A stretch of DNA of 64,000 nucleotides from Gammaproteobacteria bacterium. GTDB lineage: Bacteria > Pseudomonadota > Gammaproteobacteria > G965277405. Location: NCBI GenBank assembly GCA_965277405.1, contig OZ255726.1, positions 512,001-576,000 on the forward strand. Direction: 5' to 3'. The first letter of the stretch is position 1. Every line of letters starts with the position of its first letter. The notes below the pieces were generated by a model. The model saw nothing but the letters and a program-made list of their open reading frames with translations, had not been told where the DNA came from and did no database searches. Below are positions 30,547 through 40,898 of this stretch, in pieces. Both the position numbers and the translations under genes were made by a program.

Positions 30547-30909
30547 TCAACCAATAGATAAAATTACGATTACTATCATCATTTTATATAGAAAATCAAC
30601 CATCATACCAACAAATAAATCAACCAAAGTAGGACTATCAGGAATCTTATTGCTTTCAGGAATCTTATTGCTTTCAGGAATCTTATTGCTTTTACGAATC
30701 TTATTGCTTTTACGAATCTTATTGCTTTCATCCTGCTCTTTCCATCCTTTTTTTTCCACAGTTTCAATTTGAATCTGATTATCAGCCAACACAATAATTT
30801 CATGATTGGTTTGTGTTTCTTCAACCAGTATTGGCTGCGCAGTTGATGCAACTGAATTGCCAGCGGCAAACATCATCAACATAGCTATTACTGCAAATAT
30901 TCGTTTCAT
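30547..30909 (-). CDS. Hypothetical exported/membrane protein with xxSNKI repeats
   Basis: MKRIFAVIAMLMMFAAGNSVA signal, five hexapeptide repeats, hydrophobic C-terminus. Confidence 0.5.
   Translation of the reverse strand: MKRIFAVIAMLMMFAAGNSVASTAQPILVEETQTNHEIIVLADNQIQIETVEKKGWKEQDESNKIRKSNKIRKSNKIPESNKIPESNKIPDSPTLVDLFVGMMVDFLYKMMIVIVILSIG
30638..30727. repeat. 18-bp tandem repeat, five units
   Basis: TCAGGAATCTTATTGCTT x3 then TTACGAATCTTATTGCTT x2. Confidence 0.92.
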
Positions 30910-30989
30910 ATCATTAATCCAGTGATTTAAAAATAATTGTTTCCATCCTAGATGCCCCAACAAATGTAGAGACATCCTTATTTACTCTT

Positions 30990-31286
30990 TTATTTTGCCA
31001 TCCTATGTTTTTTACTAAAACTATACTGATTTAGACCTCGTATTGCTGAAATTAACTTTTCTTTCCCTTCTTCCGTAAAACTTACGCGACCTGTAAGATA
31101 CTCACCATCAATTTTAGTTTTTTGAACAATTACTCCATACGGACAATATTTGCGCTGATTTAAACCAAAAGCATATGTCTTTTGCTCATAATGTTCTTTT
31201 TTTGATCCTGCTGGGTCGATCATACAACCGTCTATGTAAAATTTATTACAATTCGTAATACAAAAATTAGATATTTTCCTTAACAT
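30990..31286 (-). CDS. Hypothetical protein (possibly a gene fragment)
   Basis: 98-aa AT-rich ORF between IS1595 copies; no motif recognised. Confidence 0.35.
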   Translation of the reverse strand: MLRKISNFCITNCNKFYIDGCMIDPAGSKKEHYEQKTYAFGLNQRKYCPYGVIVQKTKIDGEYLTGRVSFTEEGKEKLISAIRGLNQYSFSKKHRMAK

Positions 31287-31328
31287 ATCATTTTCCGATG
31301 ATTCTTTTGCTTTAGAAAGTTGCTTTAA

Positions 31329-31889
31329 GGCTATGTTCTGAGAGTTTGTTGAAATGGCGTATACAGCATATCCCTCATGAAGCTGGCAGGTGATATATCT
31401 CCCCGTTTATTAAGTTCAAACCAACGCAACTATCCACAATATTTCCACAATATTTATGAAGATTTTTAATTGCAACACCATGAAAAGGGGCTAGCCATTG
31501 CTTGAGCCTCATGTGGTAGGCGTTCACCGTTTGCATATGAAAAACTTTGTCTTTGACCCGCTCACCAAGGCTTTGATTTAACACGACATGATTGATATTT
31601 TTCTGCTTGGCTAGATGCTCATAATTGATATGACCGTCGGTACAGAGAACCAGATCGTCGGCGAGTTTAGGTACAAAGGTTGCCTGTAATTGATCCAGCG
31701 TCAAGTGCTCTACAACCTGATCGACAATGTTGCCACTTCGATCGATGCCAATAACAGCTTTCACTGTAGATGCTTTGCTATTACCGCGTTTTCGCGGCTT
31801 GCCAGTGGATAAATAGCGACTGCCTTTTTCAGAATATTTAAACCAAGTTTCATCTATTTCGACAATGCCTTCAAGCTGCTTGCTCATAG
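31329..31889 (-). pseudogene. IS1595-family 3' half, truncated by a MITE
   Basis: Same end as 29525; EIDETWF, LCTDGH, HMQTVNAYH. Confidence 0.82.
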
Positions 31890-32189
31890 GGAACCTCTGA
31901 TTAACTCGCTGATGGAGCGAGTTTGCCTGCAATTGCTGATGATTGCAAGGCGCATTCCGCAGGTGCATGCCGTAGCATATACGCCAAGGGATGCAACACA
32001 GCAAGTACCGCTGCCGCAAACCCAAAGTATATGCAACACAACGACGAAAAAAAGCGGTACTAACGTCGTTGCAGCACTTGGCAATACCCACAACACCCAC
32101 CAGTGTTAGCTGCGCACTGCGCCTTGCTATCCATCAGCCATCAGCGTTGTTGCTCCGTCTCGTCCATCATGGACTTAATCAGAGCTTCC
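31890..32189. mobile_element. IS5-TIR MITE copy flanked by ATAG
   Basis: ATAG|GGAACCTCTGATTAA...TTAATCAGAGCTTCC|ATAG. Confidence 0.9.
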
Positions 32190-32319
32190 ATAGGGGAAGA
32201 GGGGAAATGTATTCTTTTTTTGTGTAATTTGCCGCAAAGATGATTTGTATAGTTTGAGTGAAAAACATATATTCTTAAAAGATATGATATTTAAGAATTT
32301 TTTTATTTCGGGTGGGATA

Positions 32320-35300
32320 ATGAACAAACAGATATTATTTTTAGCGCTAGGACTATTAGCTATAGCAGGCTGTAACAATGGAAGTAGCATCGATCTGCTC
32401 ACGCTGCGACCATGTGCACCGCACGCTATAGCAGGCTGTAACAATGGAAGTAGCAGCGATGAGTCTAGTACCAGTAACGAAGTTGTGGCAGGTCAAAATG
32501 ATACTAAGATTAAAACAATCTATGCAACCGACTCTGCTTTTGCCGCGCTGACCAACGCTGGAGGCGTCGTTACTTGGGGGAGTACGTCTTGGGGCGGCGA
32601 TAGTTCAGGCGTGCAGGATCAACTGACTGACGTTACAGCAATCTATGCGGCCCACTACGGGGCTTTTGCCGCGCTTAAAAACGATGGGACTGTCGTTACT
32701 TGGGGGAGTACGTCTTCGGGCGGCGATAGTGCAGCGGTGCAGCAGCTACTGAATAACGTTACAGCAATCTATGCAACCGACTTTGCTTTTGCCGCGCTTA
32801 AAAACGATGGGACTGTCGTTACTTGGGGGAGTACGTATTGGGGCGGCGATAGTTCAGGCGTGCAGCAGCTACTGAATAACGTTACAGCAATCTATGCAAA
32901 CCGCTATGCTTTTGCCGCGCTTAAAAACGATGGGACTGTCGTTACTTGGGGTGAGGAGGATGACGGCGGCGATAGTGCAGCGGTGCAGCATCAACTGACT
33001 AACGTTACAGCAATCTATGCAGCCCGCACTGCTTTTGCCGCGCTTAAAAACGATGGGACTGTCGTTACTTGGGGTGAGGAGGATGACGGCGGCGATAGTG
33101 CAGCGGTGCAGCAGCTACTGACTAACGTTACAGCAATCTATGCAACCGACATTGCTTTTGCCGCGCTTAAAAACGATGGGACTGTCGTTACTTGGGGGGG
33201 TACGTATTGGGGCGGCGATAGTTCAGGCGTGCAGCAGCTACTGAATAACGTGACAGCAATCTATGCAAACCGCTATGCTTTTGCCGCGCTTAAAAACGAT
33301 GGGACTGTCGTTACTTGGGGTGAGGAGGATGACGGCGGCGATAGTGCAGCGGTGCAGCATCAACTGACTAACGTTACAGCAATCTATGCAGCCCGCACTG
33401 CTTTTGCCGCGCTTAAAAACGATGGGGGCGTCGTTACTTGGGGGAGTACGTCTAACGGCGGCGATAGTGCAGCGGTGCAGCAGCAACTGACTAACGTTAC
33501 AGCAATCTATGCAACCAAGTATGCTTTTGCCGCGCTTAAAAACGATGGGACTGTCGTTACTTGGGGTGAGGAGGATGACGGCGGCGATAGTGCAGGCGTG
33601 CAGCAGCAACTGACTGACGTTACTGCAATCTATGCAACCGATAGGGCTTTTGCCGCGCTGACCAACGCTGGGCGCGTCGTTACTTGGGGGAATGAGGATT
33701 ACGGCGGCGGTGAGTCTAGCTTGAATAGTGAAGCTGACGGTGGCTACCCACACATCATAACTCCCCCAGCTGCACCAAGCAATGTAAGCGCAGCAGCAGG
33801 TGATGGGGAAGGAGAAATAATTATTAGTTGGGATAGTGTCGCTGGTGTAGCTGTATATAATCTGTATTGGGCAACAACAGCTGGTGCTGGTAAAGATGGC
33901 AGCAAAATATCCGCAGTAGCCAGCCCATACCTGCATACAGAGCGTGCCAATACAGAGACATATTATTACACAATAACCGCAAACAATGACGACGGTGAGT
34001 CGAGCTCCAGTAACGAAACATCTGCATCACCAATCCCAGCTGCACCAACCAATGTAAGCGCAGCAGCAGGTGATGGGGAAGGAGAAATAATTATTAGTTG
34101 GGATAGTGTCGCTGGTGTAGCTGCATATAATCTGTATTGGGCAACAACAGCTGGTGCTGGTAAACTTGCCAGCAAAATATCCGCAGTAGCCAGCCCATAC
34201 CTGCATGCAGAGCTTGCCAATACAGAGACATATTATTACACAATAACCGCAAACAATGCCAGCGGTGAGTCTAGCTTGAGTAGCGAAGTTGCGGCAACAC
34301 TAATTGCATCCAATGACGGCGGTGAGTCTAGCTCCAGTAGCGAATATATGGCAGGTCAAAATGATTCTAAGATTAAAACAATCTATGCAACCGACTCTGC
34401 TTTTGCCGCGCTGACCAACGCTGGGGGCGTCGTTACTTGGGGTGATTATAGTTACGGCGGCGATAGTTCAGGCGTGCAGGATCAACTGACTGACGTTACA
34501 GCAATCTATGCGGCCCACTACGGGGCTTTTGCCGCGCTTAAAAACGATGGGACTGTCGTTACTTGGGGGAGTACGTCTTGGGGCGGCGATAGTGCAGCGG
34601 TGCAGCATCTACTGACTAACGTTACAGCAATCTATGCAACCTGGGAAGCTTTTGCCGCGCTTAAAAACGATGGGGGCGTCGTTACTTGGGGGAGTACGTC
34701 TAACGGCGGCGATAGTGCAGCGGTGCAGCATCTACTGAATAACGTTACAGCAATCTATGCAAACCGCTATGCTTTTGCCGCGCTTACAAACGATGGGGGC
34801 GTCGTTACTTGGGGGAGTACGTCTAACGGCGGCGATAGTGCAGCGGTGCAGCATCTACTGAATAACGTTACAGCAATCTATGCAACCAAGTATGCTTTTG
34901 CCGCGCTTAAAAACGATGGGACTGTCGTTACTTGGGGTGAGGAGGATGACGGCGGCGATAGTGCAGCGGTGCAGCAGCTACTGAATAACGTTACAGCAAT
35001 CTATGCAACCGATACTGCTTTTGCCGCGCTTACCAACGCTGCGCGCGTCGTTACTTGGGGTGATGGGTATGACGGCGGCGATAGTGCAGCGGTGCAGCAG
35101 CTACTGAATAACGTTACAGCAATCTATGCAACCGATAGGGCTTTTGCCGCGCTTAAAAACGATGGGACTGTCGTTACTTGGGGGAGTACGTCTAACGGCG
35201 GCGATAGTGCAGCGGTGCAGCATCTACTGAATAACGTTACAGCAATCTATGCAACCAAGTATGCTTTTGCCGCGCTTAAAAACGATGGGACTGTCGTTAC

Positions 35301-38300
35301 TTGGGGTGAGGAGGATGACGGCGGCGATAGTGCAGCGGTGCAGCAGCAACTGACTGACGTTACAGCAATCTATGCAGCCAAGTATGCTTTTGCCGCGCTT
35401 AAAAACGATGGGACTGTCGTTACTTGGGGTTCTGAGGATAACGGCGGCGATAGTGCAGGCGTGCAGCAGCAACTGACTGACGTTACTGCAATCTATGCAA
35501 CCGATAGGGCTTTTGCCGCGCTGACCAACGCTGGGCGCGTCGTTACTTGGGGGAATGAGGATTACGGCGGCGGTGAGTCTAGCTTGAATAGTGAAGCTGA
35601 CGGTGGCTACCCACACATCATAACTCCCCCAGCTGCACCAAGCAATGTAAGCGCAGCAGCAGGTGATGGGGAAGGAGAAATAATTATTAGTTGGGATAGT
35701 GTCGCTGGTGTAGCTGCATATAATCTGTATTGGGCAACAACAGCTGGTGCTGGTAAAGATGGCAGCAAAATATCCGCAGTAGCCAGCCCATACCTGCATA
35801 CAGAGCGTGTCAATACAGAGACATATTATTACACAATAACCGCAAACAATGACGACGGTGAGTCGAGCTCCAGTAACGAAACATCTGCATCACCAATCCC
35901 AGCTGCACCAACCAATGTAAGCGCAGCAGCAGGTGATGGGGAAGGAGAAATAATTATTAGTTGGGATAGTGTCGCTGGTGTAGCTGCATATAATCTGTAT
36001 TGGGCAACAACAGCTGGTGCTGGTAAAGATGGCAGCAAAATATCCGCAGTAGCCAGCCCATACCTGCATACAGAGCGTGCCAATACAGAGACATATTATT
36101 ACACAATAACCGCAAACAATGACGACGGTGAGTCGAGCTCCAGTAACGAAACATCTGCATCACCAATCCCAGCTGCACCAACCAATGTAAGCGCAGCAGC
36201 AGGTGATGGGAGAGGAGAAATAACCATTAGTTGGAATCAGGTAAATAATGCCGATTCATACAATCTATATTGGGCGACAAGCGCTGGATATGGTAAATCT
36301 GGCAGCAAAATATCCGCAGTAGCCAGCCCATACCTGCATACAGAGCGTGCCAATACAGAGACATATTATTACACAATAACCGCAAACAATGACGACGGTG
36401 AGTCGAGCTCCAGTAACGAAACATCTGCATCACCAATCCCAGCTGCACCAAGCAATGTAAGCGCAGCAGCAGGTGATGGGAGAGGAGAAATAACCATTAG
36501 TTGGAATCAGGTAAATAATGCCGATTCATACAATCTATATTGGGCGACAAGCGCTGGATATGGTAAATCTGGCAGCAAAATATCGCGAGTAACCAGCCCA
36601 TACACGCATACAGGGCGTTATGACGAATCATACTATTACACAATAACCGCAAACAATGACGACGGTGAGTCGAGCTCCAGTAACGAAACATCTGCATCAC
36701 CAATCCCAGCTGCACCAACCAATGTAAGCGCAGCAGCAGGTGATGGGGAAGGAGAAATAACCATTAGTTGGAATCAGGTAAATAATGCAGATTCATACAA
36801 TCTATATTGGGCGACAAGCGCTGGATATGGTAAATCTGGCAGCAAAATATCGCGAGTAACCAGCCCATACACGCATACAGATCGTTATAATGAATCCACA
36901 TACTATTACACAATAACCGCAAACAATGCCGGCGGTGAGTCTAGCTTGAGTAGCGAAGTTGCGGCAACAGCAACTGTATCCAATGACGGCGATAGTTCAG
37001 CGGTGCAGCAGCTATTGAATAACGTTACAGCAATCTATGCAACCGATAGGGCTTTTGCCGCGCTTACCAACGATGGGCGTGTCGTTACTTGGGGGAGTGA
37101 TAATGGCGGCGGCGATAGTTCAGCAGTGCAGCAGCAACTGACTAACGTTACAGCAATCTATTCAAACTACTTTGCTTTTGCAGCGCTTACCAACGCCAGG
37201 ACTGTCGTTACTTGGGGGAGTACGTCTAACGGCGGCGATAGTGCAGCGGTGCAGCAGCTACTGACTAACGTTACAGCAATCTATGCAAACCGCTATGCTT
37301 TTGCCGCGCTTAAAAACGATGGGGGCGTCGTTACTTGGGGGAGTACGTCTAACGGCGGCGATAGTTCAGGCGTGCAGGATCAACTGACTGACGTTACAGC
37401 AATCTATGCAACCGACTTTGCTTTTGCCGCGCTTAAAAACGATGGGACTGTCGTTACTTGGGGGGGTACGTATTGGGGCGGCGATAGTTCAGGCGTGCAG
37501 CAGCTACTGAATAACGTTAAAGAAATCTATACAAACGACCACGCTTTTGCCGCGCTGACCAACGCTGAGCGCGTCGTTACTTGGGGTGATGAGGATTGGG
37601 GCGGTGATAGTTCAGGCGTGCAGCAGCAACTGAATAACGTGACAGCAATCTATGCAGCCAAGTATGCTTTTGCCGCGCTTAAACACGATGGGACTGTCGT
37701 TACTTGGGGGAGTACGTCTAACGGCGGCGATAGTGCAGCGGTGCAGCAGCAACTGACTAACGTTACAGCAATCTATGCAACCGATTGGGCTTTTGCCGCG
37801 CTGACCAACGCTGGGGGCGTCGTTACTTGGGGGAGTGAGTATTCTGGCGGTGATAGTGCAGCGGTGCAGCATCTACTGAATAACGTTACAGCAATCTATG
37901 CAACCCGCTATGCTTTTGCCGCGCTGAAAAACGATGGGACTGTCGTTACTTGGGGGAGTGAGTATTCTGGCGGCAATAGTTCAGGCGTGCAGCAGCAACT
38001 GACTAACGTTACAGCAATTTATGCAACCTATAGGGCTTTTGCCGCGCTTACAAACGCTGGGGGCGTCGTTACTTGGGGGGACATTAGTTACGGCGGCGAT
38101 AGTTCAAGGGTGCAGCAGCAACTGACTAACGTTACAGCAATCTATGCAACCGAAAGGGCTTTTGCCGCGCTTACCAACGCTGGGGGCGTCGTTACTTGGG
38201 GTGATGAGGGTTACGGTGGTGGTGATCTAGTTTTCAGTAGCGAAGTTCCTTCCACACCAACTGTATCTAGTGAGTCGTATACGGCTACTGCGTCTTCGAC

Positions 38301-38709
38301 TGGCTGGTATAGCGACTATGTAACCTCGCCTGATCAAGCTATTGATTCTCGAGGCGACACTTTTTGGTGTGCTAATTCAATTCCAGCGTGGTATCAAGTT
38401 GAGTTGCCTTCCATTCAGCCAATTTCTCAAATAAGTTTATACATTTATTACCATAATGTTTCAGGAAATATACAGTTTTCTAGTGATGGCAACAGATGGC
38501 AAGAATTCACAAACTTTGATACAAATACAAACATAGATACAACTAATTACGCATATACAATATCTAACATAGATACAGTAGAATTAAAAACTTATAACCT
38601 AACAAATACTAGTGCGAAATTTGTCAGGATAAATTTTTTGACTACTGATGCCCCTGATTCTCATATCTATAAGGCATGCTTGACTGAAGTTGAGATAATA
38701 AGTCCATAA
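32320..38709 (+). CDS. Giant surface lipoprotein: three blocks of RCC1/BLIP-II-like repeats, seven fibronectin type III domains, C-terminal discoidin (F5/8 type C)-like domain
   Basis: MNKQILFLALGLLAIAGC lipobox; 41-aa repeat IYAxxxAFAALKNDGTVVTWGxxxxGGDS; FN3 PAAP.NV.A...ISW...YNLYW...YYYTITA.N..GES; AID...TFW, WYQVEL, AKFVRI. Confidence 0.85.
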   Translation: MNKQILFLALGLLAIAGCNNGSSIDLLTLRPCAPHAIAGCNNGSSSDESSTSNEVVAGQNDTKIKTIYATDSAFAALTNAGGVVTWGSTSWGGDSSGVQDQLTDVTAIYAAHYGAFAALKNDGTVVTWGSTSSGGDSAAVQQLLNNVTAIYATDFAFAALKNDGTVVTWGSTYWGGDSSGVQQLLNNVTAIYANRYAFAALKNDGTVVTWGEEDDGGDSAAVQHQLTNVTAIYAARTAFAALKNDGTVVTWGEEDDGGDSAAVQQLLTNVTAIYATDIAFAALKNDGTVVTWGGTYWGGDSSGVQQLLNNVTAIYANRYAFAALKNDGTVVTWGEEDDGGDSAAVQHQLTNVTAIYAARTAFAALKNDGGVVTWGSTSNGGDSAAVQQQLTNVTAIYATKYAFAALKNDGTVVTWGEEDDGGDSAGVQQQLTDVTAIYATDRAFAALTNAGRVVTWGNEDYGGGESSLNSEADGGYPHIITPPAAPSNVSAAAGDGEGEIIISWDSVAGVAVYNLYWATTAGAGKDGSKISAVASPYLHTERANTETYYYTITANNDDGESSSSNETSASPIPAAPTNVSAAAGDGEGEIIISWDSVAGVAAYNLYWATTAGAGKLASKISAVASPYLHAELANTETYYYTITANNASGESSLSSEVAATLIASNDGGESSSSSEYMAGQNDSKIKTIYATDSAFAALTNAGGVVTWGDYSYGGDSSGVQDQLTDVTAIYAAHYGAFAALKNDGTVVTWGSTSWGGDSAAVQHLLTNVTAIYATWEAFAALKNDGGVVTWGSTSNGGDSAAVQHLLNNVTAIYANRYAFAALTNDGGVVTWGSTSNGGDSAAVQHLLNNVTAIYATKYAFAALKNDGTVVTWGEEDDGGDSAAVQQLLNNVTAIYATDTAFAALTNAARVVTWGDGYDGGDSAAVQQLLNNVTAIYATDRAFAALKNDGTVVTWGSTSNGGDSAAVQHLLNNVTAIYATKYAFAALKNDGTVVTWGEEDDGGDSAAVQQQLTDVTAIYAAKYAFAALKNDGTVVTWGSEDNGGDSAGVQQQLTDVTAIYATDRAFAALTNAGRVVTWGNEDYGGGESSLNSEADGGYPHIITPPAAPSNVSAAAGDGEGEIIISWDSVAGVAAYNLYWATTAGAGKDGSKISAVASPYLHTERVNTETYYYTITANNDDGESSSSNETSASPIPAAPTNVSAAAGDGEGEIIISWDSVAGVAAYNLYWATTAGAGKDGSKISAVASPYLHTERANTETYYYTITANNDDGESSSSNETSASPIPAAPTNVSAAAGDGRGEITISWNQVNNADSYNLYWATSAGYGKSGSKISAVASPYLHTERANTETYYYTITANNDDGESSSSNETSASPIPAAPSNVSAAAGDGRGEITISWNQVNNADSYNLYWATSAGYGKSGSKISRVTSPYTHTGRYDESYYYTITANNDDGESSSSNETSASPIPAAPTNVSAAAGDGEGEITISWNQVNNADSYNLYWATSAGYGKSGSKISRVTSPYTHTDRYNESTYYYTITANNAGGESSLSSEVAATATVSNDGDSSAVQQLLNNVTAIYATDRAFAALTNDGRVVTWGSDNGGGDSSAVQQQLTNVTAIYSNYFAFAALTNARTVVTWGSTSNGGDSAAVQQLLTNVTAIYANRYAFAALKNDGGVVTWGSTSNGGDSSGVQDQLTDVTAIYATDFAFAALKNDGTVVTWGGTYWGGDSSGVQQLLNNVKEIYTNDHAFAALTNAERVVTWGDEDWGGDSSGVQQQLNNVTAIYAAKYAFAALKHDGTVVTWGSTSNGGDSAAVQQQLTNVTAIYATDWAFAALTNAGGVVTWGSEYSGGDSAAVQHLLNNVTAIYATRYAFAALKNDGTVVTWGSEYSGGNSSGVQQQLTNVTAIYATYRAFAALTNAGGVVTWGDISYGGDSSRVQQQLTNVTAIYATERAFAALTNAGGVVTWGDEGYGGGDLVFSSEVPSTPTVSSESYTATASSTGWYSDYVTSPDQAIDSRGDTFWCANSIPAWYQVELPSIQPISQISLYIYYHNVSGNIQFSSDGNRWQEFTNFDTNTNIDTTNYAYTISNIDTVELKTYNLTNTSAKFVRINFLTTDAPDSHIYKACLTEVEIISP

Positions 38710-38857
38710 ATCTGGCGTTCACCATATGCAGACATTTCATGATTTTAATTTTTATACAGAGATTGAAGTGCAGTTATATACTTATCGTAGCAATCATTAA
38801 TTATTAGCTAATAGTTGTTAAGTGGGGGCTAAAGCGGCTAGCATGCCCATGATGTAG

Positions 38858-39166
38858 TCAAAGTTTGATGGGTTGTTGCAGTTGACAATTCTCATATATG
38901 GTGATTTGCTCAGGTGCTATCAGCAATGGGCTAATTCTACCGATGATTGTTTGGCGTTGCGGATGACATTCCCATTGCAACCAGTTTTCAAGGCTGATAA
39001 ACCGCATAATCGTTATTCTACAACACGGGTTATTGCGTTGTTGTAGTATTTCGATATCTACATACCCATCAACACGGTTAGCCATGCCCACACACTTTGC
39101 CATTGCTTCATCAAATTGTTCTTCGTAAAAATGGTTGATTTTTCTGCTGATAACAATGGTAATCAT
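38858..39166 (-). CDS. Antibiotic-biosynthesis-monooxygenase (ABM) family small protein
   Basis: ITIVISRKI...F, DGY, IMRF.SLENWLQWE.HPQR. Confidence 0.6.
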   Translation of the reverse strand: MITIVISRKINHFYEEQFDEAMAKCVGMANRVDGYVDIEILQQRNNPCCRITIMRFISLENWLQWECHPQRQTIIGRISPLLIAPEQITIYENCQLQQPIKL

Positions 39167-39267
39167 CTGGAATTACGTAGTTTAAAAGTCTTAAAATATT
39201 CCCGTGTGTAGGTAAATGATAGTACATTGAACGCAATTACAATCAACCTGCAATAATTTTTCTGATT

Positions 39268-40674
39268 ATGTCTGAAACTGTATACGATAAACTGTGGCGG
39301 ACGCATGTTGTTGATACCTTAGATGATGGCTCAACTTTGCTGTATATCGATCGACACATTATCCACGAAGTGACATCGCCGCAAGCATTTGCCGGTCTTG
39401 ATGCTGCACAGCGAGACATGTGGCGACAGTCTAGCGTCATCGCCACGGTTGACCATATTATTCCAACAGAAAAACACGCATTGGGCATTGCTGGTATTGA
39501 AGATGAAATTGCGCGAGAAATGGCTGGAACACTCGATGCAAATTGTGCCAAACACCAATTACGCTATTTCGATATTCATGATAAACGCCAGGGTATTGTG
39601 CATATTGTTGCTCCTGAACAAGGTGGAATACTCCCAGGTATGACTGTTGTTTGTGGCGACTCACATACATCAACAAATGGTGCCTTTGCGGCTTTGGCGC
39701 AAGGAATCGGCACCAGTGATATTGAACATGTTCTAGCTACACAATGTTTATTACAGCCAAAGAGTAAGAGCATGCAGGTGGTTTTTGATGGAAAACTTGC
39801 CGCCGGTGTCGGCCCTAAAGATATGATCTTATACCTAATCGGGGTGATTGGCACTGCGGGGGGCACTGGCTATGCAATGGAATACTGTGGTGATGCTATC
39901 CGTAGTATGAGCATGGAAGGACGGATGACCATCTGCAATATGAGCATTGAGGCGGGCGCACGCGCGGGCATGGTCGCAGTAGACGAGACCACAATTCAAT
40001 ATTTACAAGACAAGCCACTAGCACCAAAGGGCAGGTTATGGCAACAAGCTTGTGTGTATTGGCGGACTCTGGTGAGCGACGCTGACGCGCAGTTTGACAA
40101 AGTGGTGCATATTGATTGCGCCACAATTACGCCGCAAGTTAGTTGGGGGACCTCGCCTGAAATGGTTACTGGCATTGATACACCCACACCAATATTATCT
40201 TGCTTTCCTGAAGATCAACAAAGTTATTATCAAAGCGCATATACGTATATGGGGCTTAAGCCAGGACAGGCGTTGACAGATATCGCGATTGATGTGGTGT
40301 TTATTGGCTCATGTACCAACGCGCGGATAGAAGATTTACGCGCAGCTGCGAGCGTTGCCAAAGGCAAACATGTCAATAAATCGGTGACCGCATATGTGGT
40401 GCCAGGCTCTAAGCAAGTGCGCCAACAAGCAGAAGACGAAGGACTTGATGAAGTGTTTATTGATGCGGGTTTTATGTGGCGTGAGCCAGGATGTTCCATG
40501 TGTTTAGCGATGAACCCAGATAAACTTATGCCAGGGCAGCGCTGTGCTTCGACCAGCAATAGAAACTTTGAAGGTCGGCAAGGCTACGGCGGGCGTACGC
40601 ATTTAGTAAGCCCAATGATGGCCGCTGCCGCTGCCGTTGAAGGTCATTTTATTGATGTGAGAAAATGGATATAG
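39268..40674 (+). CDS. leuC: 3-isopropylmalate dehydratase large subunit
   Basis: [46 protein letters not shown]. Confidence 0.97.
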   Translation: MSETVYDKLWRTHVVDTLDDGSTLLYIDRHIIHEVTSPQAFAGLDAAQRDMWRQSSVIATVDHIIPTEKHALGIAGIEDEIAREMAGTLDANCAKHQLRYFDIHDKRQGIVHIVAPEQGGILPGMTVVCGDSHTSTNGAFAALAQGIGTSDIEHVLATQCLLQPKSKSMQVVFDGKLAAGVGPKDMILYLIGVIGTAGGTGYAMEYCGDAIRSMSMEGRMTICNMSIEAGARAGMVAVDETTIQYLQDKPLAPKGRLWQQACVYWRTLVSDADAQFDKVVHIDCATITPQVSWGTSPEMVTGIDTPTPILSCFPEDQQSYYQSAYTYMGLKPGQALTDIAIDVVFIGSCTNARIEDLRAAASVAKGKHVNKSVTAYVVPGSKQVRQQAEDEGLDEVFIDAGFMWREPGCSMCLAMNPDKLMPGQRCASTSNRNFEGRQGYGGRTHLVSPMMAAAAAVEGHFIDVRKWI

Positions 40675-40898
40675 CTACTGGAATGCTCAATCAAGCATAT
40701 TTTGTCACTGGCGTGAGTATCAGTTGTATATTTATATTTCTAGGCGCTTTGATTTTAGCCACCAAGCTGCTTGCTGCATTGACCCATTCACAGCTAAACG
40801 CGGACGATGGGAAAAATCATAGTCCTGTGTTATCTACAACAGATATTGAACAACATGCGGTAATAACCGCAGCACTCCACCACCATTTAAAAAAATGA
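40665..40898 (+). CDS. oadG: Oxaloacetate decarboxylase gamma subunit
   Basis: Single TM helix, [10 protein letters not shown], upstream of oadA. Confidence 0.82.
   Translation: MDIATGMLNQAYFVTGVSISCIFIFLGALILATKLLAALTHSQLNADDGKNHSPVLSTTDIEQHAVITAALHHHLKK

Noticed and set aside
32359-32455. Repeat-spacer-repeat of CRISPR-like size
   Set aside because: Only two repeats, in frame within a coding signal region, no cas genes
33238-37872. Repeated antisense ORFs within the giant gene and WD40 region
   Set aside because: Shadows of the plus-strand repeats
32509-38222. Diversity-generating retroelement as the source of loop variation
   Set aside because: No reverse transcriptase or template repeat in the window; changes are not adenine-restricted
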